A stretch of DNA of 64,000 nt, taken from assembly GCA_944389135.1 (NCBI GenBank), contig CALXLG010000003.1, positions 51,488 through 115,487 of the forward strand, in the 5' to 3' direction. The DNA comes from an uncultured Alphaproteobacteria bacterium. Lineage in GTDB: Bacteria > Pseudomonadota > Alphaproteobacteria > Rs-D84. Positions 44,713 to 54,928 of the stretch are shown piece by piece. Each line of letters begins with the position of its first letter. The first letter of the stretch is position 1. The translations under genes were made by a program, and so were the position numbers. A model generated the notes under the pieces. That model was not told where the DNA came from. It did not search any database and saw only the letters and a list, made by a program, of their open reading frames with translations.

Positions 44713-45486
44713 TTAATTTTCTGCGGCTTGTATTTTCTTGCGTAATTCTTTTTCGTTTTCTTTACAATAATTATAAGAGCTTAACATAAAATCTTTCATA
44801 TTTTTGCGATTTATAAATAAATTCTTCATTGTATCAAATAATTGTTCGCCGTTTATTTCCATATTATAAAAATAACTATACGCTATATATTTCGTATCAG
44901 ATGAAATTAAATCTATAAGTTCAGAATTTCTTATTATAGTTTCAACGACTATTTCTGATACAAGCCATTTTAAATGAGGATGTTCATATTCTTCATAATC
45001 ATCGTTAAAATATTTCTGCCAAAAATAAAACCACACAAAATGCGTTATTTCATGCAATGCCGTTTCTATTACACCCTTGGCAGAACTTTTATAGTAAACA
45101 GAAAAATTATTTTCACTTAAATCACGCGGACATACCGGATTCAATCCTACCAAAGCTCGCATATCATTCAAAATAATTTCACAATTTTCACCGAATACTG
45201 CTGTATAAATATTATTTATTCTATCTGATATATCCAACCAATTCTGTTCAAAAATTTTCACAGCAGAATCTATTTCTGTTTCCCTGTTTTCAGCAATTTC
45301 AGACATTTTCTTTCTGATATACTCGCATCTTTCTTCCAGAGAAAGATTATAGCAATATTCGTAATCCAGATCTGGATATTGTTTAAATAAAAGTTTACGC
45401 CACCAAGTAGGAGTATCGTCTTGCTGATGAAATAAGATAAAATCTATATCGTCTTCAAAATTCTTCCTTTCCCATTTCAAATACAT
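44713..45486 (-). CDS. Hypothetical protein with an HExxH motif (putative metallopeptidase)
   Basis: 257 aa. ALHEITHFVW is the only recognisable motif. Confidence 0.4.
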   Translation of the reverse strand: MYLKWERKNFEDDIDFILFHQQDDTPTWWRKLLFKQYPDLDYEYCYNLSLEERCEYIRKKMSEIAENRETEIDSAVKIFEQNWLDISDRINNIYTAVFGENCEIILNDMRALVGLNPVCPRDLSENNFSVYYKSSAKGVIETALHEITHFVWFYFWQKYFNDDYEEYEHPHLKWLVSEIVVETIIRNSELIDLISSDTKYIAYSYFYNMEINGEQLFDTMKNLFINRKNMKDFMLSSYNYCKENEKELRKKIQAAEN

Positions 45487-45600
45487 ATCATAAAGCCTTT
45501 ATTTATATCTTATTCTATACGAATACATACATATTTCAATACTTAAAAAGCATATCACACTGCCAAGATAAAACGACCCTTTCGGGTCGTTTTTTGTTTC

Positions 45601-45969
45601 TTATATACATTTATCAACCGCATACATTGATACACCATCAATAACCGGTTCTTTAACAATAATTCTATAACCCGTTGTGTCCTTGCCACATTCGTCTTTA
45701 ACAATATTTACATAAATATGTTCTTTATCTTCTCTTACATATTCCGAAAAATTCTTTTCACCAAAATCCCCCTCTATAAACATCACATTAGGTGTTTCAC
45801 TTTGAATAACTTCTAATTCGGAAACAATCGGGCATCTTACCAAAGAAGACATTTCACCGTCTGCAACCCATTCACATTCAACGCCAAAGACATCTACTAT
45901 TTTTGTGTTTTCCCCATTACATGCAGCAGATATTAAAATAACAGGTATAACCAATAATAATTTTTTCAT
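45601..45969 (-). CDS. Lipoprotein of unknown function
   Basis: It has a lipobox (LISAAC), is 122 aa, and is followed by a terminator at about 45572-45597. Confidence 0.55.
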   Translation of the reverse strand: MKKLLLVIPVILISAACNGENTKIVDVFGVECEWVADGEMSSLVRCPIVSELEVIQSETPNVMFIEGDFGEKNFSEYVREDKEHIYVNIVKDECGKDTTGYRIIVKEPVIDGVSMYAVDKCI

Positions 45970-45993
45970 ATTTTCTCCTTTATTATAAAAATA

Positions 45994-46165
45994 ACCGCAA
46001 AATTATGCGGTCAGGGAGTTCAAAAATCATATAGGTCAATGACTCTGCTACTTTCGGAATATTCCTGTTGTATAGTAGACAGCTCCCCGACCATAGCCAG
46101 GGATATAACGATGCTTGCGCACCGGACCTATTGGGCTTTTAAAACACCCGAACCAAGAAACCTTA
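45994..46165 (+). ncRNA. Candidate structured RNA element, copy 2 (homologous to 12700-12920 minus strand)
   Basis: Its helices are 45994-45999/46006-46011, 46009-46018/46083-46092 and 46045-46051/46075-46082. It shares CCTGTTGTATA (46064-46074), ATAACGATGC, CCGGAC and CCCGAAC blocks with copy 1. Confidence 0.45.
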
Positions 46166-46240
46166 AGTTCAATATAAACTATATCAATTTTTTACGTTTT
46201 TGGCAAAACTTTTTAACAAACCGCCCATTTGGGCGGTTAT

Positions 46241-48013
46241 TTATATCAACTTTGCTTCTTTTAGTAATTCTTCTAAATACGTTCCTTTTACTTTTTTCAT
46301 TCCTTGCTTTTCTAACAACTTTAATACCCACGGCACATCTACATCCTTTAATTTCTTCCCGTCGTTCAAGTAATAAATACTTTGCAACAACATACGAACA
46401 TCAAAGCATGAATCAAACACTTCTGGTACACCCCGTTCTATACCCAATAAAGTATAAACCGCTTCCATCGCCGTTCTAACAGAGTACTCCGTAGTAAACA
46501 CTGTATCTCTTTCTGTTTCTGCATAATTACCTATAAACGCAAGATTTACAGAACCAGTTGGTACAACCATTGGTCTGTCCCCCAGCGCACGTGGCATAAA
46601 GTATGTCGTTATATATGGCATATGGCTTGGCACAGTATTTGCACCGTTATGTGCAATATCTTCTATATCTTTTTCTGGAACGCCGATATGATATAACCAT
46701 TCTGCACAAAGTTCTGCCCCAGTACAATCTGCTATCTTTTTCTTTACATAATTACCTTCGGTATCTGATAACAAACCGTACGTCCATACTATTATTTCAT
46801 TTGGTTTCTGACTGCGAAAATGTGGCTGACGTGAAATACTGAACCCATACAACCAATTAGAATCTTTTATCGTCACTGGACCACTACTTACAATAGAACC
46901 GCTGTGTGGATTTTTCTTACATATCTTTTCTATATAAGGTACAACCCTATCATCCGTAAGTGTAATAGTTGCAGACATCACCCAATTGGCATCTGGTATA
47001 TTTTCGCAGAATTTTTCTGGACGACCAAACTCTTTGTTTTGCTTTGCTATATTCTTCCACAATTCCCAACTGCCACCAAGTTCATGATGTGTATCTGCTG
47101 GTGTATCGTTATCACCGTATGTCGTACTTTCTGTAATAGACCCATTAGTTACAAAAACTAAATCATCAGGCGTCAAGCTAATCTCTTTACTGCGCCCAGA
47201 TTTTATCATCTCTATTTTCTTTGCAACCTTCTTTTTGGTTTTGCAATCAACTACTACGTTCGTTATACGTGCATCAAAATGGAACTTTACGTTATTTTTT
47301 TCTAACCAACGTACAAGTGGCGTAATTAAAGACTCATACTGATTATATCTTGTGAACTTTAATGCGGACATATCGGCCAGCTTCCCGACATGGTGTATAA
47401 AGCGCAATATATAACGACGCATTTCCATCGCACTGGACCACTTTTCAAACGCAAACATTGTTGCCCAGTATAACCAGAAATTAGATTCAAAGAATTCTTC
47501 TGTAAAGACTTGGTCTATTTGAACATCTTGTAATTTTTCTTCGGGCGTTAAAGCTAAATCTATTAATTCTTTAATTGCCTTTGGTGTCAAAGTTAATTTA
47601 CCGTCATCTTTCATTCGCTTGCCACGCTTTTCAATGGCACGACAATGAGAAAAACTTGGGTCGTCTTTATTCAACCAATAAAACTCATCCAAGACAGAAA
47701 CACTTTCGTCTTCTAAAGAAGGTATAGAACGAAATAAATCCCACAGCGTTTCAAAATGCGCTTCCATTTCGCGACCACCACGAATTATATAACCACGTTG
47801 CGGGTTTAATATACCGTCCATACTGCCACCTGCCAATGACAGCTCTTCAAAAATATGAATTTTATTACCCTTCATCTTACCATCACGAATTAAAAAAACA
47901 GCTGCTGCCAACCCAGCCAAACCACCACCTATTATGTATGCAGATTTTTTCTCTACACCTGCTGGTTTACGAGGATTTGCAAACGCTTCATAATTTCCGT
48001 TGCTGTGATACAT
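46241..48013 (-). CDS. ohyA: Oleate hydratase (MCRA family, FAD-dependent)
   Basis: 590 aa. The N-terminus is [16 protein letters not shown], the FAD motif is [16 protein letters not shown], and the family length fits. Confidence 0.85.
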   Translation of the reverse strand: MYHSNGNYEAFANPRKPAGVEKKSAYIIGGGLAGLAAAVFLIRDGKMKGNKIHIFEELSLAGGSMDGILNPQRGYIIRGGREMEAHFETLWDLFRSIPSLEDESVSVLDEFYWLNKDDPSFSHCRAIEKRGKRMKDDGKLTLTPKAIKELIDLALTPEEKLQDVQIDQVFTEEFFESNFWLYWATMFAFEKWSSAMEMRRYILRFIHHVGKLADMSALKFTRYNQYESLITPLVRWLEKNNVKFHFDARITNVVVDCKTKKKVAKKIEMIKSGRSKEISLTPDDLVFVTNGSITESTTYGDNDTPADTHHELGGSWELWKNIAKQNKEFGRPEKFCENIPDANWVMSATITLTDDRVVPYIEKICKKNPHSGSIVSSGPVTIKDSNWLYGFSISRQPHFRSQKPNEIIVWTYGLLSDTEGNYVKKKIADCTGAELCAEWLYHIGVPEKDIEDIAHNGANTVPSHMPYITTYFMPRALGDRPMVVPTGSVNLAFIGNYAETERDTVFTTEYSVRTAMEAVYTLLGIERGVPEVFDSCFDVRMLLQSIYYLNDGKKLKDVDVPWVLKLLEKQGMKKVKGTYLEELLKEAKLI

Positions 48014-48101
48014 ATTGTCTCTCCTTTGCTATGTACAAAGAAATTTTAATATATAAGAACTTTTTATAACATAGGAGAGAAATCTGCCAAAAAACCAGAA
48101 A

Positions 48102-48129
48102 TTGACAGCGGTAATATTACGAGTATAAT
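48102..48129 (+). promoter_or_regulatory. Near-consensus sigma70 promoter for the small lipoprotein gene
   Basis: TTGACA (48102-48107), a 16-nt spacer, then TATAAT (48124-48129). Confidence 0.6.
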
Positions 48130-48136
48130 AAAAAGT

Positions 48137-48256
48137 ATGAAAAAAACATTCTGGGGTATCTTATTAATAATTACTTTGGCCGTATCTGCATGCGGTGTAA
48201 AATCCGAATTGGCGCGACCAGATGAATCTTTTCCACGTAATTACCCAGTATATTAA
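48137..48256 (+). CDS. Small lipoprotein, LptM/YifL-like (39 aa)
   Basis: This ORF is not in the track. MKKTFWGILLIITLAVSACGVKSELARPDE follows the lipobox-plus-CG.K..L..P pattern. Confidence 0.55.
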   Translation: MKKTFWGILLIITLAVSACGVKSELARPDESFPRNYPVY

Positions 48257-48269
48257 AAGACTGAAATTT

Positions 48270-48354
<85 letters not shown>

Positions 48355-48634
48355 TTGTTTAAACTTTATTGCTGGCTCACATCCAGCGCGTCTACCAATT
48401 TGTTCGCTTTTCGCAACTGTCGTTGCTGCTCACCACTCGTTAGCGCTCGGCTTCGCTTTCGCTTGTCTTGCTTACTCGTATGCGCCATATGCCCTTGTTT
48501 AAACTTTATTGCTGGCTCATATCCAGCGCGTCTACCAATTTGTTCGCTTTTCGCAACTGTCGTTGCTGCTCACCACTCGTTAGCGCTCGGCTTCGCTTTC
48601 GCTTGCCTTGCTTACTCGTATGCGCCATATGCCT
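48355..48634 (-). repeat. Two 140-bp tandem units upstream of tRNA-Leu, each holding nt 1-12 and 13-33 of the tRNA separated by an 81-nt GC-rich core
   Basis: gccatatgccc ends at 48354, 48494 and 48633. atccagcgcgtctaccaattt starts at 48322, 48381 and 48521. The cores lie at 48402-48482 and 48542-48622. Confidence 0.9.
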
Positions 48635-48743
48635 AATAAAAAGCGCATTTAACATAAGCGAACTTAATCTTATTATAAAATTTACTTGATTTCCAGTAAA
48701 ATTTAACATAAAATTTGTCGCAGAATAATAAAAGGTTAATAAA

Positions 48744-48923
48744 ATGGCATCTAAAAAAGGCAGTAAAGAAGTTGTAAAGCTTGAAAACAAAGAAACTGGC
48801 TACTTTTATACAACTACAAAAAACACAAAGTCAGAAAATACAGCTGGCAAAATGAAATTCCGCAAATATGACCCAAAATTACGTAAACACGTGGTCATGA
48901 CAGAAGCGAAAATGCCTCACTAA
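48744..48923 (+). CDS. rpmG: 50S ribosomal protein L33
   Basis: This ORF is not in the track (59 aa). ...YFYTTTKN...KMKFRKYDPKLRKHVVMTEAK follows the L33 pattern. Confidence 0.85.
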   Translation: MASKKGSKEVVKLENKETGYFYTTTKNTKSENTAGKMKFRKYDPKLRKHVVMTEAKMPH

Positions 48924-49018
48924 TATCATAATTAGTTCGGTATTTGTTATTAAAATGTGCCGTTTAGGCACATTTTTATTTCACTTCATAATAAAAACCC
49001 CAGTTTTTGGGGCTTTTA

Positions 49019-51250
49019 TTATTTTCCAAATTTTCCACTTCGCGGAAAACCAACTGGTATTGTACGCCCTTGTGAAGCACGCTTGCCCACCCAAGGTTGC
49101 CAATCTTCCAATTTTGTTGTTCCACGCCCTGTCGTCCATCCAAAACCGTCCGCTGCATTAAAGAACATAACATCCAAAACATACGTTCTTTCTGCATTAT
49201 ATTTCTGTAGTATAACACCTTTACCACGTGTCATTTCTGGTATTTCGGACGTTGCGAATATTAACAATTTATCATTTGAGCCAGATAATGCGATACTATC
49301 ACCTGTAACTGGTACACACATTATTGCAGGATTCTTTGCATCCGTGTTCATTACTTGTTTACCAGTACGTGTCTGTGCCAAGCAATTTTCACCACTTACT
49401 ATAAAACCTGTTCCATGGCGACCAACCAGCAAATATTTTGCACTGGTATCTAAAACAAATGCACTTACAATATTTTCATCTGCCCCGATATCTGCCATCA
49501 TACGAACAGACTCACCAAAACCACGTGCCGAAGGCAACTCGTTCGCAGGTAAAGTAAACATTTTACCACCACTTGCAAATAAGTTTATCTTGTCCGTAGA
49601 CATTGCATGGAATGCAAACAACAATTCATCGCCTTCTTTGAATTTTAAATCAAGGTTATTCAAATCCATATGACCTTTTGCAGCACGTATCCAACCCATT
49701 GCTGATATAATAACTGTTAGCGGTTCTTTTTCTATAAACTCCTCAGCATTAACGATGATTTCTTCTGTCTGTGGCTGCCACTGAGTCCTGCGACGCCCCA
49801 AAGCAGTTTTTTTATCATAACGTTTCTTTATATCCGCAAACCACGCTTTTAACTGTTCGTTCTGCATCTCTTCACTGGCAAGCAAATCTTGCAATTGTTT
49901 TTGTTCCGCCAACAAAGCCGCATCTTCACGACGAATTTCCATTTCTTCCAATTTGCGTAACGAACGCAAACGCGTATTTAATATCGCTTCAACCTGAACT
50001 TCTGTTAAATTAAATTCCGCAATCAAAACAGCCTTGGCATCGTCTTCATTTCTAATTATTTCAATAACTCTATCCAAATTCAGATATACTATTAATAACC
50101 CACCAAGTATTTCTAATCTACGCGCAATATTGCCTAAGCGCCAGTTAGTTCTGCGTATTAAAACATTCTTTTGATGTGCAATAAACTCACGCAGAACATC
50201 ACCAATTCCCATTACACGTGGCGCCCCTTTTGTATCAATGACATTAAAGTTCATATTAAACTTGTATTCCAAGTCCGTCATTGCAAACAAATGCGCCATC
50301 ATCTTATCTGCAGGCACGTTGCGACTTTTTGGTGTAATAACAATTCTTATATCAGTAGTAGATTCGTCTGATATATCGTCTACCAATGGCAACTTTTTTG
50401 CATCAATTAAATTTGCAATCTGCTCTACCAACTTAGATTTAATTATCCCATATGGAATTTCTGTTATAACAACCTGCTCTGCCCCGCGGTCAAGTTTTTC
50501 AACTTCCCATTTTGCACGAATTCTAAATGCACCACGCCCTGTATCGTAATTCTTTACAATTGTGTCAAAAGAATCTATCAGAACACCACCTGTTGGAAAA
50601 TCTGGTCCAATCATTTTCTTCATAATCTGGGCAGTCGTTGCTTCGGGATTATCAACCACCAATGTTAACGCATCACAAACCTCTGCAACATTATGCGTTG
50701 GGATATTAGTCGCCATACCAACCGCAATTCCCATACCACCATTTGCCAACAAATTAGGAAACGCCCCCGGCATAACAACAGGTTCAACCGTTGTGCCATC
50801 AAAATTCGGCATCATATCAACACTATCTTCGTCAATGCCTTCCATAATTAGCATTGCCGCATCTGTCATTTTTGATTCGGTATAACGATATGCAGCCTGT
50901 GGGTCGCCATCAATATTACCAAAGTTCCCCTGACCATCAATTAACGGATATCTTACAGAAAAGTCCTGTGCTAAACGCACCATCGCATCATACACCGAAG
51001 AGTCCCCATGCGGATGATAATGTCCAAGAACATCACCGACAACTGTCGCGCACTTACGAAACGCGGCTGACGGTGACAGTTTCTGACGCAACATAGAATA
51101 TAAAATTCTGCGATGCACGGGCTTTAACCCATCGCGAACATCAGGAAGTGCGCGCGAAACAATCGTGCTGACCGCATAAGACAAATAACGTTCAGACAAA
51201 GCGTCTGACAACTGTTGTGAATCAATTCTTTCTTTAATTTCTTTACTCAT
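49019..51250 (-). CDS. parC: DNA topoisomerase IV subunit A
   Basis: 743 aa. It contains [23 protein letters not shown] and AAYRYTE (the active-site Tyr). Its length fits ParC rather than GyrA. Confidence 0.85.
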   Translation of the reverse strand: MSKEIKERIDSQQLSDALSERYLSYAVSTIVSRALPDVRDGLKPVHRRILYSMLRQKLSPSAAFRKCATVVGDVLGHYHPHGDSSVYDAMVRLAQDFSVRYPLIDGQGNFGNIDGDPQAAYRYTESKMTDAAMLIMEGIDEDSVDMMPNFDGTTVEPVVMPGAFPNLLANGGMGIAVGMATNIPTHNVAEVCDALTLVVDNPEATTAQIMKKMIGPDFPTGGVLIDSFDTIVKNYDTGRGAFRIRAKWEVEKLDRGAEQVVITEIPYGIIKSKLVEQIANLIDAKKLPLVDDISDESTTDIRIVITPKSRNVPADKMMAHLFAMTDLEYKFNMNFNVIDTKGAPRVMGIGDVLREFIAHQKNVLIRRTNWRLGNIARRLEILGGLLIVYLNLDRVIEIIRNEDDAKAVLIAEFNLTEVQVEAILNTRLRSLRKLEEMEIRREDAALLAEQKQLQDLLASEEMQNEQLKAWFADIKKRYDKKTALGRRRTQWQPQTEEIIVNAEEFIEKEPLTVIISAMGWIRAAKGHMDLNNLDLKFKEGDELLFAFHAMSTDKINLFASGGKMFTLPANELPSARGFGESVRMMADIGADENIVSAFVLDTSAKYLLVGRHGTGFIVSGENCLAQTRTGKQVMNTDAKNPAIMCVPVTGDSIALSGSNDKLLIFATSEIPEMTRGKGVILQKYNAERTYVLDVMFFNAADGFGWTTGRGTTKLEDWQPWVGKRASQGRTIPVGFPRSGKFGK

Positions 51251-51586
51251 GATATAGGAAAATTAAAACATTTCTTAAAAAATAACAACAGAAAAAAACA
51301 CATAATCGGTTATCAATTTTATGTAAAAAAATTTTTTCAAAAAAAATAAAAAATTTTTCTTGAAAATTCTTTTTTTAACTTTATATGTATATACAAACTT
51401 TGGTTCCCCGATTCGGGGCGGGCTGCTAAAAAAAATTAGTAAGTCGGGGCAGATTGGTTTTTCCTTTTTGTCTGAATGTACGTTGCAAATTGCTCAGCGC
51501 AAAGAACAAATTAAAAAACAAAAAAACATATAAAAAGCACAACGGTAAAAATCGGTGTGTCTGTTTGATTGCAAAGGAGGAAAAAA

Positions 51587-52291
51587 ATGAATTTTAAACG
51601 CACTATTCCATATTTGATTACCACAAGTGCAATGCTTTTTAGTTTTGTTACAAAAGCAGGTTCTTCAGACAAACCAATTCAAGACTTTGAATCTAAAATC
51701 ATGAAAAAGCAACTAATGAAAACCCCCGATATAAAATCGGATACCACAACATTAAATCTTACCCAAGCCATTATTGATATGACCGTTCAAAATAGTGGTA
51801 TTGTATATACAAAAGCAAATGGGGAACAGGTTTTACGCAGTGGTGGCAGTATAGCTTGGCGTAACAACAACCCTGGGTGTTTAAGATATTCAAAATTTAC
51901 CATTTCAAAAGGTGCGATTGGCAAAGCATACGGTTTCGCGGTTTTCCCCGACGAAGAAACAGGTATGCGTGCAATTGCTGCATTACTACAATCAAATAGT
52001 TATAAAGATTTAAGTATTGCAGAAGCTATATTTAGATATGCACCACCACACGAAAATGACACCGAAAACTATAAAAAACACCTAGAAAAGATGACTGGAC
52101 TGACTGCTGATAAAAAAATATGCACCTTAACAAACGCGGAACTTTCAAAGGTTGTTCAAGCTATACGCAAGGTAGAGGGTTGGCGTCAAGGCACAGAAGT
52201 TCAAATAACACCAGTAAAACCAAAATCTTTCCATGATTTTGATAATGTTTATGCATATACGCGATTTAACAACTTACAAAAAACACTATAA
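51587..52291 (+). CDS. Secreted protein with a conserved C-terminal WRNNNPG...GFAVFPDEETGMRAI domain (paralog of 53891-54916)
   Basis: The ATG at 51587 follows the RBS aaaggagg. It has a signal peptide, and the C-terminal ~130 aa are about half identical to the paralog. Confidence 0.6.
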   Translation: MNFKRTIPYLITTSAMLFSFVTKAGSSDKPIQDFESKIMKKQLMKTPDIKSDTTTLNLTQAIIDMTVQNSGIVYTKANGEQVLRSGGSIAWRNNNPGCLRYSKFTISKGAIGKAYGFAVFPDEETGMRAIAALLQSNSYKDLSIAEAIFRYAPPHENDTENYKKHLEKMTGLTADKKICTLTNAELSKVVQAIRKVEGWRQGTEVQITPVKPKSFHDFDNVYAYTRFNNLQKTL

Positions 52292-52315
52292 AAAATGCGC
52301 CTTGGGCGCGTTTTT

Positions 52316-52591
52316 TTAATTTAATTTATTCTTTATTTCACGAATGCGAGCTAAAATTTCTTTTAATTCAGCCTCGGTCGCGGCAGGTGCTGGTCTATTA
52401 TGAACCTCATCTGCTAAGACAATGCAAAGTGTTGCCAACAAAGACGTTTCTGGCAAAGGTCCTATTTTATCCAGTATTTCACGCGCGCGGGCATCAACCA
52501 TTTTTCCTAGTTCTATCAAACGAGATTCCTGCCCGTCTTCGCATCCCATGGGATATGATTTATTAACAATAGGTATAGATACTACACTCAT
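52316..52591 (-). CDS. zapA: Cell division protein ZapA
   Basis: 91 aa. SIPIVNKSYPMGCEDGQESRLIELGKMVDARAREI follows the ZapA pattern. Confidence 0.65.
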   Translation of the reverse strand: MSVVSIPIVNKSYPMGCEDGQESRLIELGKMVDARAREILDKIGPLPETSLLATLCIVLADEVHNRPAPAATEAELKEILARIREIKNKLN

Positions 52592-52797
52592 TTCATCTTC
52601 TTTAATATTGAAATAGATTGTTCTATCATTTCTGTGGCACGTGCATTCTTTTCACGCAGATTCTTTACCTGTTCGGTCAAAATAGCAACTTCTAAATCAG
52701 TTTGCTTACCTGCATTAACTGCAACGGCGCGTAACCGACCCGCCTGTTCTTCCAAAGCATTTAACTCTTGAAAAATTTGCTGCTTTACATCTGCCAT
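52588..52797 (-). CDS. Small coiled-coil protein upstream of zapA (ZapB/DUF4164-like)
   Basis: The product starts MADVKQQIF, is 69 aa and helical, and overlaps zapA by 4 nt. Confidence 0.5.
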   Translation of the reverse strand: MADVKQQIFQELNALEEQAGRLRAVAVNAGKQTDLEVAILTEQVKNLREKNARATEMIEQSISILKKMK

Positions 52798-52880
52798 ATT
52801 ATTAATATTAAGATATTTTTTATATGCGTTCAACACTAAAATGTGATATAATATCGACATCTAGTGGGGGATTTATTTCT

Positions 52881-53873
52881 ATGAAAACTAAAATCATATA
52901 TATTTCTGGCAACGAAGTCTTTGATATGACTGATATTCGGGCCGCTTTTGAAGAAGTTAGAAATACTTTAGGACTTGGGGCAGATACCGTTTTATTCGGT
53001 GTTCCTGTTGATAGTGATGATGCTTTGGTAAGCTCTGCGCCACAAACAACAAGCAATGATGAAGCACGCACAGAACCTGCAACTGTTATAGCAGAATCTG
53101 AAGAAATTATTGATACAGATTTCGTGGAAGAACCTGTTGTTGAAGTACCCCAAGAAAAAAAGCCTAAAAAGGCGTCTGCTAAGAAATCTCGTGAAATTGC
53201 AGAAAAGAAAGAAGAAAAAACAGTAGAAGTAAAAGAAACAATTGAAAATCAACCAGAAGAAACTTCAGATAATACATCCGAAGAAAAAATTATTCCCATA
53301 TTGTCAGTACTTGCTACAAAAAAAGAAGAACCAGAAGACTTGCAGCCAGAAATAACAGATGAAAAAGATACTGACGCTGAAACAAACGTTTTTTCTGAGA
53401 CAGAACCAGTAGTCCAAGAAGAAATCCAATCTGTTACTATCGAAGATATGATTAATGATGAGGCACCAAGTGAACCAATAGAAAAAACATTGGAACAATT
53501 GTTGGAAAGTATGACACCATTACGCGAAGATATGCCCGAAGAACACATCTCTGAAACAGAAGATGAAGCGGTAACAGAAGAACAAGAAGAACCTGTAATA
53601 AACATGGAAGATGAAATAGCCACAGACAATACAGATGCAACGCTTGAACAACTGGCGGCAGAATTTGCGGAAACAGAAGATACAATTCCTGTTGCCCCCC
53701 AAACAGAAAACCACAGCAAAATCGGTAAATTAAAAAATATTTTACCATTTAAAAAAGCAAAACGTGAAGACACTGGTTTAATGGGTGATTTGTTTGGTTG
53801 GGCCGGTATTGCCGCCAATGACGATGACTTTACAATGCCAGGTTTCTTTACAAACGCTGCATCTAAGAAATAG
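52881..53873 (+). CDS. Highly acidic (Glu/Asp/Thr-rich) low-complexity protein
   Basis: The ATG at 52881 follows the RBS gtggggga. It has a structured ~45-aa N-terminus, about 250 aa of acidic low complexity, and the C-terminal motif GLMGDLFGWAGIAANDDDFTMPGFF. Confidence 0.55.
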   Translation: MKTKIIYISGNEVFDMTDIRAAFEEVRNTLGLGADTVLFGVPVDSDDALVSSAPQTTSNDEARTEPATVIAESEEIIDTDFVEEPVVEVPQEKKPKKASAKKSREIAEKKEEKTVEVKETIENQPEETSDNTSEEKIIPILSVLATKKEEPEDLQPEITDEKDTDAETNVFSETEPVVQEEIQSVTIEDMINDEAPSEPIEKTLEQLLESMTPLREDMPEEHISETEDEAVTEEQEEPVINMEDEIATDNTDATLEQLAAEFAETEDTIPVAPQTENHSKIGKLKNILPFKKAKREDTGLMGDLFGWAGIAANDDDFTMPGFFTNAASKK

Positions 53874-53890
53874 GTAAAATATGAGTTCTA

Positions 53891-54916
53891 ATGAATATAG
53901 ACACAATTCTTAGACTATTAAAAAACGCTGGTTTTAACGTCATTAATTGGGACGGGGACTTTCTATATCTAGAAGACCCGTCTTGTATATTACGCAGCTT
54001 TGAAACATTTATTGAATATGCATGGATTGTAATTACTTGTATCACTGGTTTATTGCTGTTTGGCTGGGCAATATCAATGATACGTGGGGCAAAAAACGAT
54101 ATTTTTACAAATTTACGAACGCTTATAATAATGTTTGGTGTTTTATCAGCCGCAATACCAATAGTTAATACTATCTGGGGTGATGATTTATTTGCTAGTG
54201 GTTGCAGAACTATAACCGTACCAATTGCAGAAGTTAATGAAATACTTAACGCAAGAAAACTGAAACTATCAGACCAAGACGAATATAACCTGTACGAAGA
54301 ATTTGATATTTATGATTCTGGCGTTTCTTATGATATGCAACAACCGCATGAAATACCATATGCACAGGCGCCATTAATTGCACCGGATGTTCCGGTCGAT
54401 ATAAACACAACTGTTTCTGAAGACACGAATACTTTCAGACGTGACCCACGAACAACAACCTATTCAAACAGCCGCCCAAACCGCGCTACAGAAATGTCAA
54501 AAGATGTAGTTTATACGCATACAGACGGCACAACACAACGAAGAACCGGTGGAACACGTGCCTGGCGTAATATGAACCCTGGAAATATAAGATACAGTGA
54601 TTTTTCTCGTCGTATGGGGGCAATCGGGGAAGCCGGTGGCTTCGCCGTTTTCCCAGATGAAGAAACAGGTATGCGCGCAATCGAGACCTTATTAAGAACA
54701 GAAACATATAACAAGCTTACCATTGCAGGCGCAATCAGCAGATATGCACCGCCGTCTGAAAATAATACTGCGGGCTATCATAAAAAGATACAAGACCTGA
54801 CAGGACTATCAATTAACAAAAGAATGCGTGATTTAACAGACGCAGAAATTAGTCGCGTTGCCAGCGCAATTCGTACAATAGAAGGTTGGAAACCTGGGCA
54901 AATAATATATGAATAA
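53891..54916 (+). CDS. Membrane protein with a C-terminal WRNMNPG...GFAVFPDEETGMRAI domain (paralog of 51587-52291)
   Basis: It has two TM helices in the N-terminal half and the conserved ~130-aa domain at the C-terminus. Confidence 0.6.
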   Translation: MNIDTILRLLKNAGFNVINWDGDFLYLEDPSCILRSFETFIEYAWIVITCITGLLLFGWAISMIRGAKNDIFTNLRTLIIMFGVLSAAIPIVNTIWGDDLFASGCRTITVPIAEVNEILNARKLKLSDQDEYNLYEEFDIYDSGVSYDMQQPHEIPYAQAPLIAPDVPVDINTTVSEDTNTFRRDPRTTTYSNSRPNRATEMSKDVVYTHTDGTTQRRTGGTRAWRNMNPGNIRYSDFSRRMGAIGEAGGFAVFPDEETGMRAIETLLRTETYNKLTIAGAISRYAPPSENNTAGYHKKIQDLTGLSINKRMRDLTDAEISRVASAIRTIEGWKPGQIIYE

Positions 54917-54928
54917 GGACGCAAGCAA

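Noticed and set aside
46039-46479. A 146-aa plus-strand ORF spanning the intergenic RNA-like element and the 3' end of oleate hydratase.
   Set aside because: It crosses a bidirectional terminator, runs antisense to a strong gene, and has no RBS.
51251-51586. The 336-nt AT-rich gap upstream of parC, with a CCCCG-att-CGGGG hairpin, considered as a 6S RNA, another sRNA or an origin region.
   Set aside because: I found no convincing promoter-terminator pair, no long imperfect 6S-like helix and no DnaA-box cluster. I leave it unannotated.
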